The notes beneath the pieces are model-generated. The model made no database searches and was not told where the DNA came from. It saw nothing but the letters and a program-made list of their open reading frames with translations. Source: an uncultured Verrucomicrobiae bacterium (GTDB lineage: Bacteria; Verrucomicrobiota; Verrucomicrobiia; Opitutales; Opitutaceae). From it: 64,000 nt of DNA. How positions within the stretch are numbered: the first letter of the stretch is position 1; each line of letters starts with the position of its first letter. The translations under genes were made by a program, and so were the position numbers. Of this stretch, positions 1 through 8,891 are shown piece after piece. The stretch is taken from the NCBI GenBank assembly GCA_963830965.1, contig CAWHOL010000021.1:88120-152119 (forward strand), in the 5' to 3' direction.

Positions 1-833
1 CGAGCCTCGGACTGGAAGAGGCCGGGGGCCCCGGGACGCTCAAAGGCGACGAGGAGCGCGTCATCGGCCGCGCGCTTGCCGACGACCACGTAGCGCTCGT
101 TGTCGGTGTTGGAGGGGACGCCGATCCCCCTGCGCTGGCCGAGGGTGAAGTAATGGAGCCCCCGATGGCGGCCGAGCTCCCTGCCGTCCGCGGCCCCGAT
201 GATCGGTCCCGGCCTGTCGGGAACGTAGGTGCGGAGGAAATCGGCCATCCTGACCTCGCCGATGAAGCAGATTCCCTGGCTGTCCCTCTTCTCGGCCGTC
301 GCGAGTCCGGCTTCCCGGGCGATCCGCCGGAGTGCGGGCTTCTCCAGGTCGCCTATGGGGAAGCGGGCGTCCCTCAGCTGCTCCTGGCGGAGAAGGGCGA
401 GAAAATACGTCTGGTCCTTGTTTGGGTCCGCGGCCTCGTAGAGCCCGACCGAGCCGTCGGCCGCGGCCTGCCTCCGGGCATAGTGGCCCGTGGCGACCGC
501 CGAAAAGCCGTGGTCGCGCGCCCAGGCTCGGAACACCCCGAACTTGATCTCCCGGTTGCACATGACGTCGGGATTCGGGGTGAGGCCGCGCGCGTAGCCG
601 TCGAGCAGGTATTGCACGACCTTCTCGCGGTAGTCCCGCATGAGATTGACCACCTGGAAGGGGATCCCCACCTGCTGGGCGACGCGGCGGGCGTCCTCGA
701 TGTCCTCCATCCAGGGACAGTGGCCGACCACCCCGTCCTCGTTGATCCAGTTCTTCATGTAGGCGCCCGTCACGTCGGCCCCCTGCCTCTTCAGGAGGAG
801 GGCCGCCACCGAGCTGTCGACGCCCCCGGACAT
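1..833 (-). CDS. mnmA: tRNA 2-thiouridine(34) synthase MnmA (3' end runs off the window start)
   Basis: I translated the minus frame from the ATG (revcomp of 831-833) by hand: [18 protein letters not shown]...[16 protein letters not shown]...ATGHYARR...KDQTYFL...[10 protein letters not shown]. This contains the PP-loop SGGxDS motif and the conserved MnmA Cys motifs. The frame stays open to position 1, so it is absent from the ORF track. Confidence 0.92.
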   Translation of the reverse strand, partial: MSGGVDSSVAALLLKRQGADVTGAYMKNWINEDGVVGHCPWMEDIEDARRVAQQVGIPFQVVNLMRDYREKVVQYLLDGYARGLTPNPDVMCNREIKFGVFRAWARDHGFSAVATGHYARRQAAADGSVGLYEAADPNKDQTYFLALLRQEQLRDARFPIGDLEKPALRRIAREAGLATAEKRDSQGICFIGEVRMADFLRTYVPDRPGPIIGAADGRELGRHRGLHYFTLGQRRGIGVPSNTDNERYVVVGKRAADDALLVAFERPGAPGLFQSEA

Positions 834-907
834 GGCCACCAGAATTCGTTCACGTTCCTGCACGCCCCCCCACGACGGTCCGCCGCGGGGCCGCTGTCAA
901 TCCTCCC

Positions 908-1771
908 TCAGATCACCGGGCTCTCCGCCCGGGCCGCGTCCAGGCCCTGGGCGGGGGAGGTGTCCGTCTCGAGGTCCGCGGCCTCGAGCCCGTCGGCCGG
1001 CGCGTCGCCCTCGGGCATGGGAAACTCCTTCAGGAAGTCCGCGTACTCGAGCAGCTGGAAGCGGCCGTCCCAGTGCTCGACGACCGCCGTCAGCGACTCG
1101 ATCCAGTCGCCGGAATTGAGGTAGTGGATGTTCCCGAGCATCTTGTCGGCGGGCGTGTGGATGTGCCCGCACATGACCCCGGCGCAGTTGCGCGCGCGCG
1201 CCAGGTCCGCGATGTGCTCCTCGAAGTTCGAGACATGGCTTACGGCGGACTTCACGCGGGCCTTGATCGCCCGGCTGAGCGACCAGTACTCGAGGCCGCG
1301 CCACGACCTCCAGACGTTGTAGGCCCGGTTGATCGCAAGGAGCGCTTGGTAGCCCCAGTCGCCCAGGTGGGCGAGGAAGACGAAGTTCTTGGTGACCGTG
1401 TCGAATACGTCCCCGTGGAGGACGAGGTAGCGGCCCTTGACTCCCTCGTGGAGGTACTCGTCGACCACGAGCAGGTTCTCGAACTCGAGCGGCAGGAACT
1501 TCGAGAGGATGTCGTCGTGGTTTCCCCGCAGGTAGACGATCTGGGTGTCGCGCTTCTCGAGCATCTTCAGGACGATCCGGATGAAATGGGTGTGGGCCTT
1601 GGTCCACTGCCCGTTGCGCTTGAGCTGCCAGCCGTCGATGATGTCTCCGTTCAGGATCAGCTTCTCGCAGCGCATGTGCCGCAGGAAATGATTCACCTCC
1701 CGGACCTTGGAGTCGACGGTGCCGAGGTGGATGTCGGAGAGGATGACGGTCCTGACTCGCAGCTTTTTCAC
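908..1771 (-). CDS. LpxH-family metallophosphoesterase (UDP-2,3-diacylglucosamine diphosphatase-like)
   Basis: Part of ORF 908..2026. It starts at a GTG (revcomp 1769-1771) that overlaps the upstream stop as GTGA. Motifs ILSDIHLG, NGDIIDGW, GNHDD and GHIH are calcineurin-like phosphoesterase signatures in the LpxH/COG2908 arrangement. Confidence 0.7.
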   Translation of the reverse strand: MKKLRVRTVILSDIHLGTVDSKVREVNHFLRHMRCEKLILNGDIIDGWQLKRNGQWTKAHTHFIRIVLKMLEKRDTQIVYLRGNHDDILSKFLPLEFENLLVVDEYLHEGVKGRYLVLHGDVFDTVTKNFVFLAHLGDWGYQALLAINRAYNVWRSWRGLEYWSLSRAIKARVKSAVSHVSNFEEHIADLARARNCAGVMCGHIHTPADKMLGNIHYLNSGDWIESLTAVVEHWDGRFQLLEYADFLKEFPMPEGDAPADGLEAADLETDTSPAQGLDAARAESPVI

Positions 1772-2712
1772 GGCAGTTGCAGCGCAAATCCGTCCGCCGC
1801 GAGGTCCGCGGCGTGCACCGCCGCGGCGCAGTCGGGCGGGACGATGATCCGGAGGCTCCGGGGGAGGACCGCAACCTCGATCGTGGCCCCGGCGGAGTGG
1901 GTCTCCCCGTCGGTGTGGACGAGCCCCGGCGCCGGGCGCTCGATCTGAAAGCTCGCCCCCCGCATGCGGCGGACGCGGCTGCTCCGGTCGATCGACCCGA
2001 GGAACAGCCGGGCGCCGAGGAAGCACGCGGCGACGACCCCCACGGGGCGGATGATGACCAGGTCGAGGACCCCGTCGTCGACGCGCGCGTGCGGGGCGAT
2101 CTTCGCGTTGTTGCCGTACTGGTCGGAATTGGCGACGGCGATCAGGAGGATCTCCACCCGCTCCCGTCGGCCGGCCACGGCCACGGTGCAGTGCTCCGAC
2201 TTGCGCCCGAGGAAGGCGGAGAGGGCGGTCCGGGTGTAGGCGGGCAGGCCCCGGCGCGTCAGGCGGTTGAAGCGGCAGGCGACGTCGGCGTCGAGGCCGA
2301 GGCCCATGGCGTTCACGAAGGGGCGCCCGTTGACCGTGCCCGTGTCGATTTCCACGGCGCGGCCTCCGGGTCCGGCCGCCAGTTCGAGGGCCCGGGAGAA
2401 GGTCCTCGGCAGGCCCAGGTGGAGGGCGAGGCCGTTTCCGGAGCCGCAGGGGACCAGTCCCAGGGTGGCGGGGGTGTGGATGAGCGCCTGGGCCACCTCG
2501 TTCACCGTCCCGTCGCCGCCGACGGCGACGATCCTCTGGCAGCCTGCGGCGACCGCCTCGCGGGCGATCTCGGTGGCGTGGCCGGGTCCCTCGGTGCAGA
2601 CCAGGTCCGCATCGAGCGGCATCGACGCCACGAAATGGCGCAGCATGGGGAGAATGGGCGCGTTTCGGCGCGGCCTTCCCGAGCTCGGGTTGAAAATGAG
2701 GCGTACCTTCAT
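1768..2712 (-). CDS. Diacylglycerol/lipid kinase family protein (YegS/BmrU-like)
   Basis: Internal ATG of ORF 1768..3429 (MKVRLIFNPSSG...). It has the VAVGGDGTVNEV and PCGSGNGLA motifs of the DAGK catalytic domain. There is an ATGA overlap with the upstream gene. Confidence 0.8.
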   Translation of the reverse strand: MKVRLIFNPSSGRPRRNAPILPMLRHFVASMPLDADLVCTEGPGHATEIAREAVAAGCQRIVAVGGDGTVNEVAQALIHTPATLGLVPCGSGNGLALHLGLPRTFSRALELAAGPGGRAVEIDTGTVNGRPFVNAMGLGLDADVACRFNRLTRRGLPAYTRTALSAFLGRKSEHCTVAVAGRRERVEILLIAVANSDQYGNNAKIAPHARVDDGVLDLVIIRPVGVVAACFLGARLFLGSIDRSSRVRRMRGASFQIERPAPGLVHTDGETHSAGATIEVAVLPRSLRIIVPPDCAAAVHAADLAADGFALQLP

Positions 2713-3860
2713 CGGAGGGCGGGTGAGAGGCCGGAGCTTGGCGCCCCGGCTCCTCCGGCGGCGTGCGCCAGCACGTGGGCGGCGATCATGCGCGCCGCGT
2801 CGGGGCGCGCCATGGGCTCGAGCGCGGCCCGCCACTGGGCCCAGTCGCGGCCCTGGTCCCGGAACGCGCGCCCGAGGACCTCGATGACGGCCTCGGGGGT
2901 CGTCGCCAGCGCGCCGGCCCCGTGGCGAAGCAGAAGCTGGCAGTTGCCCTCCTCCTGGCCGGGGACCACCTGGTTGACGACCATGGGGCACCGCGCCGCG
3001 ATCGCCTCCTGGGTCGTCGCCCCGCCCGCCTTGCTGACGACGACATGATGGGTCATCAGCAGGTGGGGGATCTTGTCCGTCCAGCCGAGGATTTCCGCCT
3101 TGCGCGCCCTCCCGCCCGAAAGGGCGGTCAGGGTCCTGCGCAGCGACTCGTCGCGGCCCACCGTGCACGTCACCTCCCAGCCCTCCTCGGCGAGGAGGAG
3201 CCGGGCCGTCGCCTCGGCGTTGCGCGTCCCGGAGTTGACGATGTAGAGGATCCGGGGAGCCGCACCCTCGTCGAGGCGGGGCCTTGTGACGATGCCCTCG
3301 TTCCTTCGGAAGTAGGGCGTCACGGGAAACCCGAGGACATGCAGGCGCGAGGGGTCGACCCCGGCCTCGCGCATGACCTGCGCGGAATCCTCGTTTGGGA
3401 CGAACCATCCGTCGCATCCGGGCCTCCACCAGACCGAGTTGATGCTGATCGAGTCGGTCACGATGTTGAAATGGGGGATCGACAGCTGCTCCTCGGCGGC
3501 GAATCGCTGCAGGAGCGCCGCATAGGCGGGGAAAGTGCTGCAGATCGCCACGGGGCGCTCGCGCTCGATCACCCGCTCGAGCATGCGCGCCTGGGCGCGG
3601 AGCATCCAGACCCCGTTCTTCATGAATCCGGGCCTGTCCATAAGGGCGTAGAACCTGCTCCAGAGCCGGGGCGTCCCGTTGATCGCGGCCAGGTAGGCCC
3701 TGCGCACGAGCGTGTTGAGCCGCGGGCAGGTGAGCGCGAAGATATCGACCACAACCGCCGTCCCGGGCGCCTCTTCGTTGAAGGCCGTGGCGAGCGCGTG
3801 GGCGGCGGCGTTGTGGCCCTCTCCGTACGCCGCGGTCAGGATGAGGATGCGGTGCTTCAT
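2709..3860 (-). CDS. MGDG-synthase-like glycosyltransferase (GT28, UgtP/monogalactosyl- or glucosyl-diacylglycerol synthase family)
   Basis: Internal ATG of ORF 2709..4550 (MKHRILILTAAYGEGHNAAAHAL...). The N-terminal YGxGH motif and the C-terminal SKAGGATTQEA...P..PGQEEGN motif are typical of the MGDG synthase/UgtP family. There is an ATGA overlap with the GT4 gene. Confidence 0.75.
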   Translation of the reverse strand: MKHRILILTAAYGEGHNAAAHALATAFNEEAPGTAVVVDIFALTCPRLNTLVRRAYLAAINGTPRLWSRFYALMDRPGFMKNGVWMLRAQARMLERVIERERPVAICSTFPAYAALLQRFAAEEQLSIPHFNIVTDSISINSVWWRPGCDGWFVPNEDSAQVMREAGVDPSRLHVLGFPVTPYFRRNEGIVTRPRLDEGAAPRILYIVNSGTRNAEATARLLLAEEGWEVTCTVGRDESLRRTLTALSGGRARKAEILGWTDKIPHLLMTHHVVVSKAGGATTQEAIAARCPMVVNQVVPGQEEGNCQLLLRHGAGALATTPEAVIEVLGRAFRDQGRDWAQWRAALEPMARPDAARMIAAHVLAHAAGGAGAPSSGLSPALR

Positions 3861-5029
3861 GTTCCGGCGAGCACCGGCGCGCCCGCGAGCGGCGTGTGCA
3901 CGACGCCCGCCTCCCGCTCGAGGTCGCTCTCGAACGCAGCGATCACCTTCTCCCAGGACTGGGCCTCGACGGCGAGGCGGGCCGCCACGCCCAGGCGCGC
4001 CCGGAGCCCGTGATCGGTCGCGAGCCTCACCGCCGCCCGGACGAGGGCCTCGGGACGGTCGCAGGGAGCCGCGAGCCCGGTCTCGCCATCCTTCATGAAG
4101 ATCTTGGCCGCCGCGTAGTCGAAGCCCGCCACGGCCAGCCCGCTCGCCATGGCCTCGGTCAGGACGTTTCCGAAGGTCTCCGTGAGGCTTGCGTGGATAT
4201 AGATGTCCGCGGAGGCGTAGTACCTGCCGATCTCGTCGCGCGAGAAGAACCCGGCAAAGACGCAGTCCGGATAGGCCTTGATGAGCGCCCGCTTGAGCGG
4301 ACCCTCCCCCGCGAGGACGAAGCGGCAGGCCGGATTGGCCTCCTTCATCGCGGCATAGATGCGGAAGAGGAGGGGGTAGTTTTTTTCGGCGGCCATCCGT
4401 CCCACGTGGAGGACGACGGGATCGTCGGGACCGACGCGCCAGTCGGCGCGCAGCGACTGCGAGCGCCGTTCCGGCCGGAACTGCCGGGTGTCGACGCCCC
4501 GAGACAGCACGGAAAGGTTCCGGAAGCCCTCCCTCTCCAGCTCGGCGCACATGTCCGTGGTCGGGGCGAAGGTCCTCCGGGTGAGGTTGTGCACGTGCCG
4601 CAGCCAGCCGAGCGCGACGTCGCGCAGGAGCGAGATCTTGTAATGGCTCGTGTAGGCGTGGAAATTGGTGTGGAAGCTCGAGGTCACCGGGATCGCGAGC
4701 GTGCGGGCGGCCCGGATGGCCGACACGCCGAGCGGGCCCTCGGTGGCGACGTGGACCAAGTCGGGTCGGTCCGCCGTCCAGGCCCGCCTGAATTTTCCGC
4801 CAGCCGGGAGCCCGAGCCGAAGCAGCGGATAGCCGGGGATCGGGACACCCGCCATCGGGACCTGGCGGTAGTCGGGGGTCTGCGATTCCTTGGGGAGGTC
4901 CCGGCGCCAGGGCCGGTAAACTGCAACTGAATGTCCGCGGCGGCCGAGCTCGCTGGCGATGACCCCGAAGGTCATGGCCACCCCGTTTATTTCCGGGGGG
5001 AAGGTCTCAGTAACAATCGCGAGTTTCAC
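3857..5029 (-). CDS. GT4-family glycosyltransferase (retaining glycolipid/sulfolipid-type transferase fold)
   Basis: ORF 3857..5029 with a GTG start. It has N-terminal TETFPPEINGVA, and the C-terminal segment ...ASLTETFGNVLTEAMASGLAV matches the GT4 E-x7-E region. Confidence 0.85.
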   Translation of the reverse strand: MKLAIVTETFPPEINGVAMTFGVIASELGRRGHSVAVYRPWRRDLPKESQTPDYRQVPMAGVPIPGYPLLRLGLPAGGKFRRAWTADRPDLVHVATEGPLGVSAIRAARTLAIPVTSSFHTNFHAYTSHYKISLLRDVALGWLRHVHNLTRRTFAPTTDMCAELEREGFRNLSVLSRGVDTRQFRPERRSQSLRADWRVGPDDPVVLHVGRMAAEKNYPLLFRIYAAMKEANPACRFVLAGEGPLKRALIKAYPDCVFAGFFSRDEIGRYYASADIYIHASLTETFGNVLTEAMASGLAVAGFDYAAAKIFMKDGETGLAAPCDRPEALVRAAVRLATDHGLRARLGVAARLAVEAQSWEKVIAAFESDLEREAGVVHTPLAGAPVLAGT

Positions 5030-5052
5030 GGAATGCGTGGTTTACGCATTCC
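5030..5052. promoter_or_regulatory. Perfect 9-bp inverted repeat GGAATGCGT-N5-ACGCATTCC abutting the GT4 start codon
   Basis: Read directly: 5030-5038 GGAATGCGT, 5-nt spacer, 5044-5052 ACGCATTCC. It lies immediately 5' of the GTG at 5027-5029 (minus strand). It could be an operator or a 5'-UTR hairpin. Confidence 0.3.
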
Positions 5053-5206
5053 AATGTGCACCCGTCAGGTGCCAAATAGGTGTCAAATCTGTTACGACTT
5101 CGACAAATCTCCCCGGGCCGGCCATGGCCCGAAACCGGATCAGGGGCCAAGGAATTGGGCAAGCTCGCCGGCCGGCCCAAACGCATTTAGCGACAATTTG
5201 GCGCTC

Positions 5207-6052
5207 TCAGGCGCCCTGGCTGGGTGGACTCGCGGGCGCGCCGGCGGCGGGTTGCCCGTTTGTCAACGCGACGCATTGATACAGGACCCGGCCCCCCGGG
5301 TACTGGGTCAGCCCTGTGACGTAGATCTGGTGGCCTGCGCCGTAGAAGGGGCCGCAGCCGGCAAGCCGGAGCGGAAGGCCCTCCTCCTTCTCCAGGGCCG
5401 CCGACCAGTCCAGGTCGGCGCTGAGCACAAAGGGGCCCTGCGGCGGGGCCACCAGGACCGAGAAGGCGGTCGCCTTCGAGTCGACGCGCACGGGCGGATG
5501 GGCCACGTCGGCTCCCGAGGGACTCTGCGCCTGCTTGACCTCGAGCTTGATCATGCGGGCGACCGCCTCCGGGCCGCTGTCGCTCAGGACCGAGCTCACC
5601 CAGTCGAGCAGCAGGTTGCGGACGGCGTTCAGGTCCGGGGCTTTGGCGATCGGCTCGATGCCGCCGCTCTTGCGGATGGCCTTTACCAGGGTCGAGATCT
5701 CCTTCAGGTAGACGTTCTTCTGGGCGCCGGGAATGTAGTACATCACGGCCAGGTGGACCGGCATCCCGTCCGGGGAGCCGTAATCGATCCCCTGCGACGA
5801 CCAGCCGATGGCGCAGAAGAGCTCGCCCTCCTCCTGGCGCGCCCTGACGTGGGGCACGGCCACCCCGAGGCCGATGCCGGTGTTGCACTCCTGCTCGCGC
5901 CGGTTGATCTCCTCGATCACGTCCGTTCCCGCCTCGATCTTCGGGTTGGCGTCGAGGATGCGGGCGAGAAACGCCAGCACGCGCTCCTTGCCAGCGCCCT
6001 CGGGCAATTCGAAGAGCCGTCCGTCCTGAAGTGCGGTGAGAATACTGCGCAT
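5207..6052 (-). CDS. PTS EIIA type-2 (PtsN/EIIA-Ntr-like) domain protein with an additional uncharacterised ~125-aa C-terminal domain
   Basis: ORF 5207..6052. The N-terminal ~155 aa have the EIIA-2 pattern, including REQECNTGIGLGVAVPHVR (phospho-His context). The start is 3 nt downstream of the mgtA stop. Confidence 0.75.
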   Translation of the reverse strand: MRSILTALQDGRLFELPEGAGKERVLAFLARILDANPKIEAGTDVIEEINRREQECNTGIGLGVAVPHVRARQEEGELFCAIGWSSQGIDYGSPDGMPVHLAVMYYIPGAQKNVYLKEISTLVKAIRKSGGIEPIAKAPDLNAVRNLLLDWVSSVLSDSGPEAVARMIKLEVKQAQSPSGADVAHPPVRVDSKATAFSVLVAPPQGPFVLSADLDWSAALEKEEGLPLRLAGCGPFYGAGHQIYVTGLTQYPGGRVLYQCVALTNGQPAAGAPASPPSQGA

Positions 6053-6055
6053 AAA

Positions 6056-8645
6056 TTAGTCGGTGCCGAACCGCCGGTAGAACCATGTCTTCACGATGTG
6101 AGTCAGGGTGCAATACAGGAACGCGAACAGGAGAAGCCAGAGGAAGAAGATCGCGGGCATCGGAATGAGACCGAGGAACCTCGCCATGAGGGGAGTAGGG
6201 CAGCCAGATTCCCACGGCGATGATGATCATGGTCGTCAGGGTCATGGTCTTGCTCGCCCGGCTCTGGAAGAAGGGGATCCGGATCGAGCGGATGACGTGC
6301 ACGATCAGGGTCTGGGTGACCAGCGACTCCACGAACCAGGCCGTGTGGAACAATTTCTCGAAGTGGGCGTTGGCGCTCTCGCTTGTTCCCGGCTTTCCGA
6401 AGGCGATGCACCCGAAACCGTAGAGCATCAGGAAGAACGTAGCGTAGTCGAAGATCGAGCTCACGGGCCCGATGTAGAGCATGAAATTGCGGATGCTCTT
6501 GATGTTCCAGCGCCGCGGCTTGTCCAGGTACTCCTGGTCCACGTTGTCGAGCGGGATTCCGACCTGGGAGAAGTCGTAGAGAAGGTTGTTCACCAGAAGC
6601 TGGGTCGGCGTCATGCCGAGGAGGTTGGTCGGCAGCAGAAAGAGGCTGCCCACCATGCTGAACATGTTCCCGTAGTTGGAACTGGCCCCCATCTTGATGT
6701 ACTTGATGATATTGCCGAAGACCTTTCGGCCCTCGATGATCCCGTCCTCAAGGACAAGGAGGCTCTTCTCGAGGAGGATGATGTCCGCCGATTCCTTGGC
6801 CACGTCGACCGCGGTGTCGACCGATATGCCGACATCGGCCGCCTTCATGGCCAGGACGTCGTTGATGCCGTCTCCCATGAACCCGACCACGTGGCCCTGG
6901 GTCCTGAGCGACTTGATGACCTTCTCCTTCTGGTCGGGTGTCAGGCGGGCGAGCACGTTGGCCTCGATGACCTCCTTCGCGAAGGTCGCCTCGTCGAGCG
7001 CGGCAAGCTGCGGTCCGGTGATCAGCTTTGTGATGACCATGCCGACGTCGCTGCACACCTTCCGCGTGACGAGCTCGTTGTCGCCGGTCAGGATCTTGAC
7101 CGCGACCCCGGATCGGCCGAGGGCCGCGATCGCGCGGGCCGAGGTGTCCTTCGGCGGGTCGAAGAAGGCGACGTAGCCGAGCAGGGTGAGATCGGACTCG
7201 TCGGCGACCGCGAAGACGGGCTTCGATCGGTCGAACTCCCGGTAGGCGATCGCGAGGACCCGGTAGCCCTGGGCGCTCAGCGTGCGGTATTCGTCGAGGA
7301 GGTCGTCGCGGATCAGCTGGATCAGCGGGTTGATGTCGTCGTCGACCTGGTAGTTCTCGCAGACGGCGATGACCTCCTCGACCGCGCCCTTGCAGATCAG
7401 GACGTGGCGGTCCTCGTAGTCGATGACCACCGACATCCGCCGCCGCTTGAAGTCGAACGGGATCTCGTCGACCTTCCGGCAGTTGAGCTCCACGTCGAGA
7501 TCGGTGTGGGAGAGGATCGCGCGGTCGAGCAGGTTGCGAAGGCCCGTCTGGTAATAGCTATTCATGTACGCGTAGCGCAGGACGTCCTCGCTCACGCGGT
7601 TGGTCACGTCGACGTAGCGCTCGAGGACGACGTGGTCCTGCGTCAGGGTGCCCGTCTTGTCGGTGCAGAGGACATCCATCGCGCCGAAGTTCTGGATCGC
7701 GTGAAGGTGCTTCACGATGACCTTTTTCCGGGACATCATGAGGGCGCCCTTCGAGAGGCAGACCGTCATGATCATCGGCAGCATCTCCGGGGTCAGCCCC
7801 GCCGCGATCCCGAGGCTGTAGAGCATCGCCTCGAGCCAGTTATGGTCCCGGATCCCGTCGACCACGAAGACGAAGAGGACCATCGCGATCATGAACCGGA
7901 TCATGAGCCAGGTGAACCGCGAGATTCCCTTGTCGAAGCTCGTTGGGTCGCGCTTCGAAAGCATCTTCTCGGCGAGCGAGCCGAAATAGGTGTTTGCGCC
8001 GGTCGTGATCACGAGCGCCCGGGCCGAACCGCTCAGCACATTGCTCCCCATGAAGCACGCGTTCGTGTACTCGAACTGGACGCGGCCCGCGGGCTGGTTG
8101 TTGTCGGCCGTCTTTTCGACCGGCATCGACTCCCCGGTCAGCGCCGACTGCGACACGAAGAAATCCTTGGCCGTCAGGATGCGCAGGTCCGCCGGGATCA
8201 GGCTTCCGGCCGCGAGGACCACCACATCGCCGGGCACGACCTCCTCCAGCTGGATGTCGGTCTCCTTCCCGTCGCGCACGACCGTGACGGTCGTCTTCAC
8301 CATCTTCTGCAGCTTCTCGACCGCCCTCGACGAGCGGGTCTCCTGGAAGTAGGAGAGGAACACGCTCAGGAAGACCATGGCGCCCACGATCGAGGCCGAA
8401 GCCGGGTCGTCCGCCGCCCAGTAGAACAGCGCGCACATCACCAGCAGCTGGATGACGAGCGGGTTCTTGCAGCGGTGCAAGAGGTCCATCACGAGCGATT
8501 TGCGGCCGCCGGCGGCGACGGTATTCGGCCCGACCTCCTTCAGGAGCTTTTCCGCCTGTTCCGCCGTCAGTCCGTTCGACGAACTGCCCATCCGGTTGAG
8601 CAGGTCCAGTTCAAGGGTCGTGTAGAGGCTCGGGTCTATGGGCAC
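6056..8645 (-). CDS. mgtA: Mg2+-importing P-type ATPase MgtA (reading frame interrupted near 6190 as assembled)
   Basis: The long minus ORF contains TGES, DKTGTLT, MxGDGxNDxxA and the MgtA-type TM segments. After ...GIWLPYSP the frame degenerates. The last TM helix and tail (LMARFLGLIPMPAIFFLWLLLFAFLYCTLTHIVKTWFYRRFGTD*) are read in another frame that ends at TAA 6056-6058. The span is 3n+1. The start is uncertain: GTG 8645 or ATG 8591. Confidence 0.85.
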
Positions 8646-8891
8646 GGTGAAAAATGAGATACTTTGTCGGCGGCCACCGGAAGCCTGAACCGCGGCGCCA
8701 CGTACGAAAAAGCGTCGATTCTCTGCCGCGGGCGATCCTATTTTTCGGCAAATGGGCCCCGGTGCGTGAATTAACCTAACAGTCACATTGGCGGGCCCGA
8801 GGAGGCGACCCATTAGGGGCGCTAAATCGGGGCGCCTAAAATTCTGTTGCAGGCCTGCCCGGCTGGTATCTACGTTCAACCTTTTAGGTAA

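Noticed and set aside
153-1124. Long ORFs from the track that lie antisense to, or out of frame with, recognisable genes. Examples: 153..1124(+), 1777..3048(+), 2763..4013(+), 6108..8657(+), 9485..11389(-), 9868..11640(+), 17646..19544(+), 19599..21332(+), 27033..28436(+), 29165..31066(+), 30843..32738(+), 36492..37862(-), 42590..43798(-), 50079..51632(+), 53436..55562(+), and the first ~2.8 kb of 58915..62979(+).
   Set aside because: Their translations are Arg/Gly/Pro/Ala/Asp-rich low-complexity strings with no motifs. Each fully overlaps a gene with clear family signatures on the other strand or in another frame. Stop-free shadow frames of this kind are expected in very GC-rich DNA.
8646-8813. 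N-terminal extension of mgtA from the in-frame ATG at 8813 (MGRLLGPANVTVRLIH...)
   Set aside because: Third-codon-position GC in this stretch is visibly much lower than in the rest of the gene, and the sequence has no MgtA-like features. It is more likely a 5' leader that happens to lack stops.
8646-8891. M-box (ykoK) Mg2+ riboswitch upstream of mgtA
   Set aside because: The minus-strand leader contains GUUAGGU and CUAAUGGGUC, which resemble conserved M-box core strings. However, they occur in the reverse order relative to the M-box consensus, and I could not trace the remaining conserved helices. I kept only a generic 'possible structured leader' finding. A cmscan would be needed to decide.
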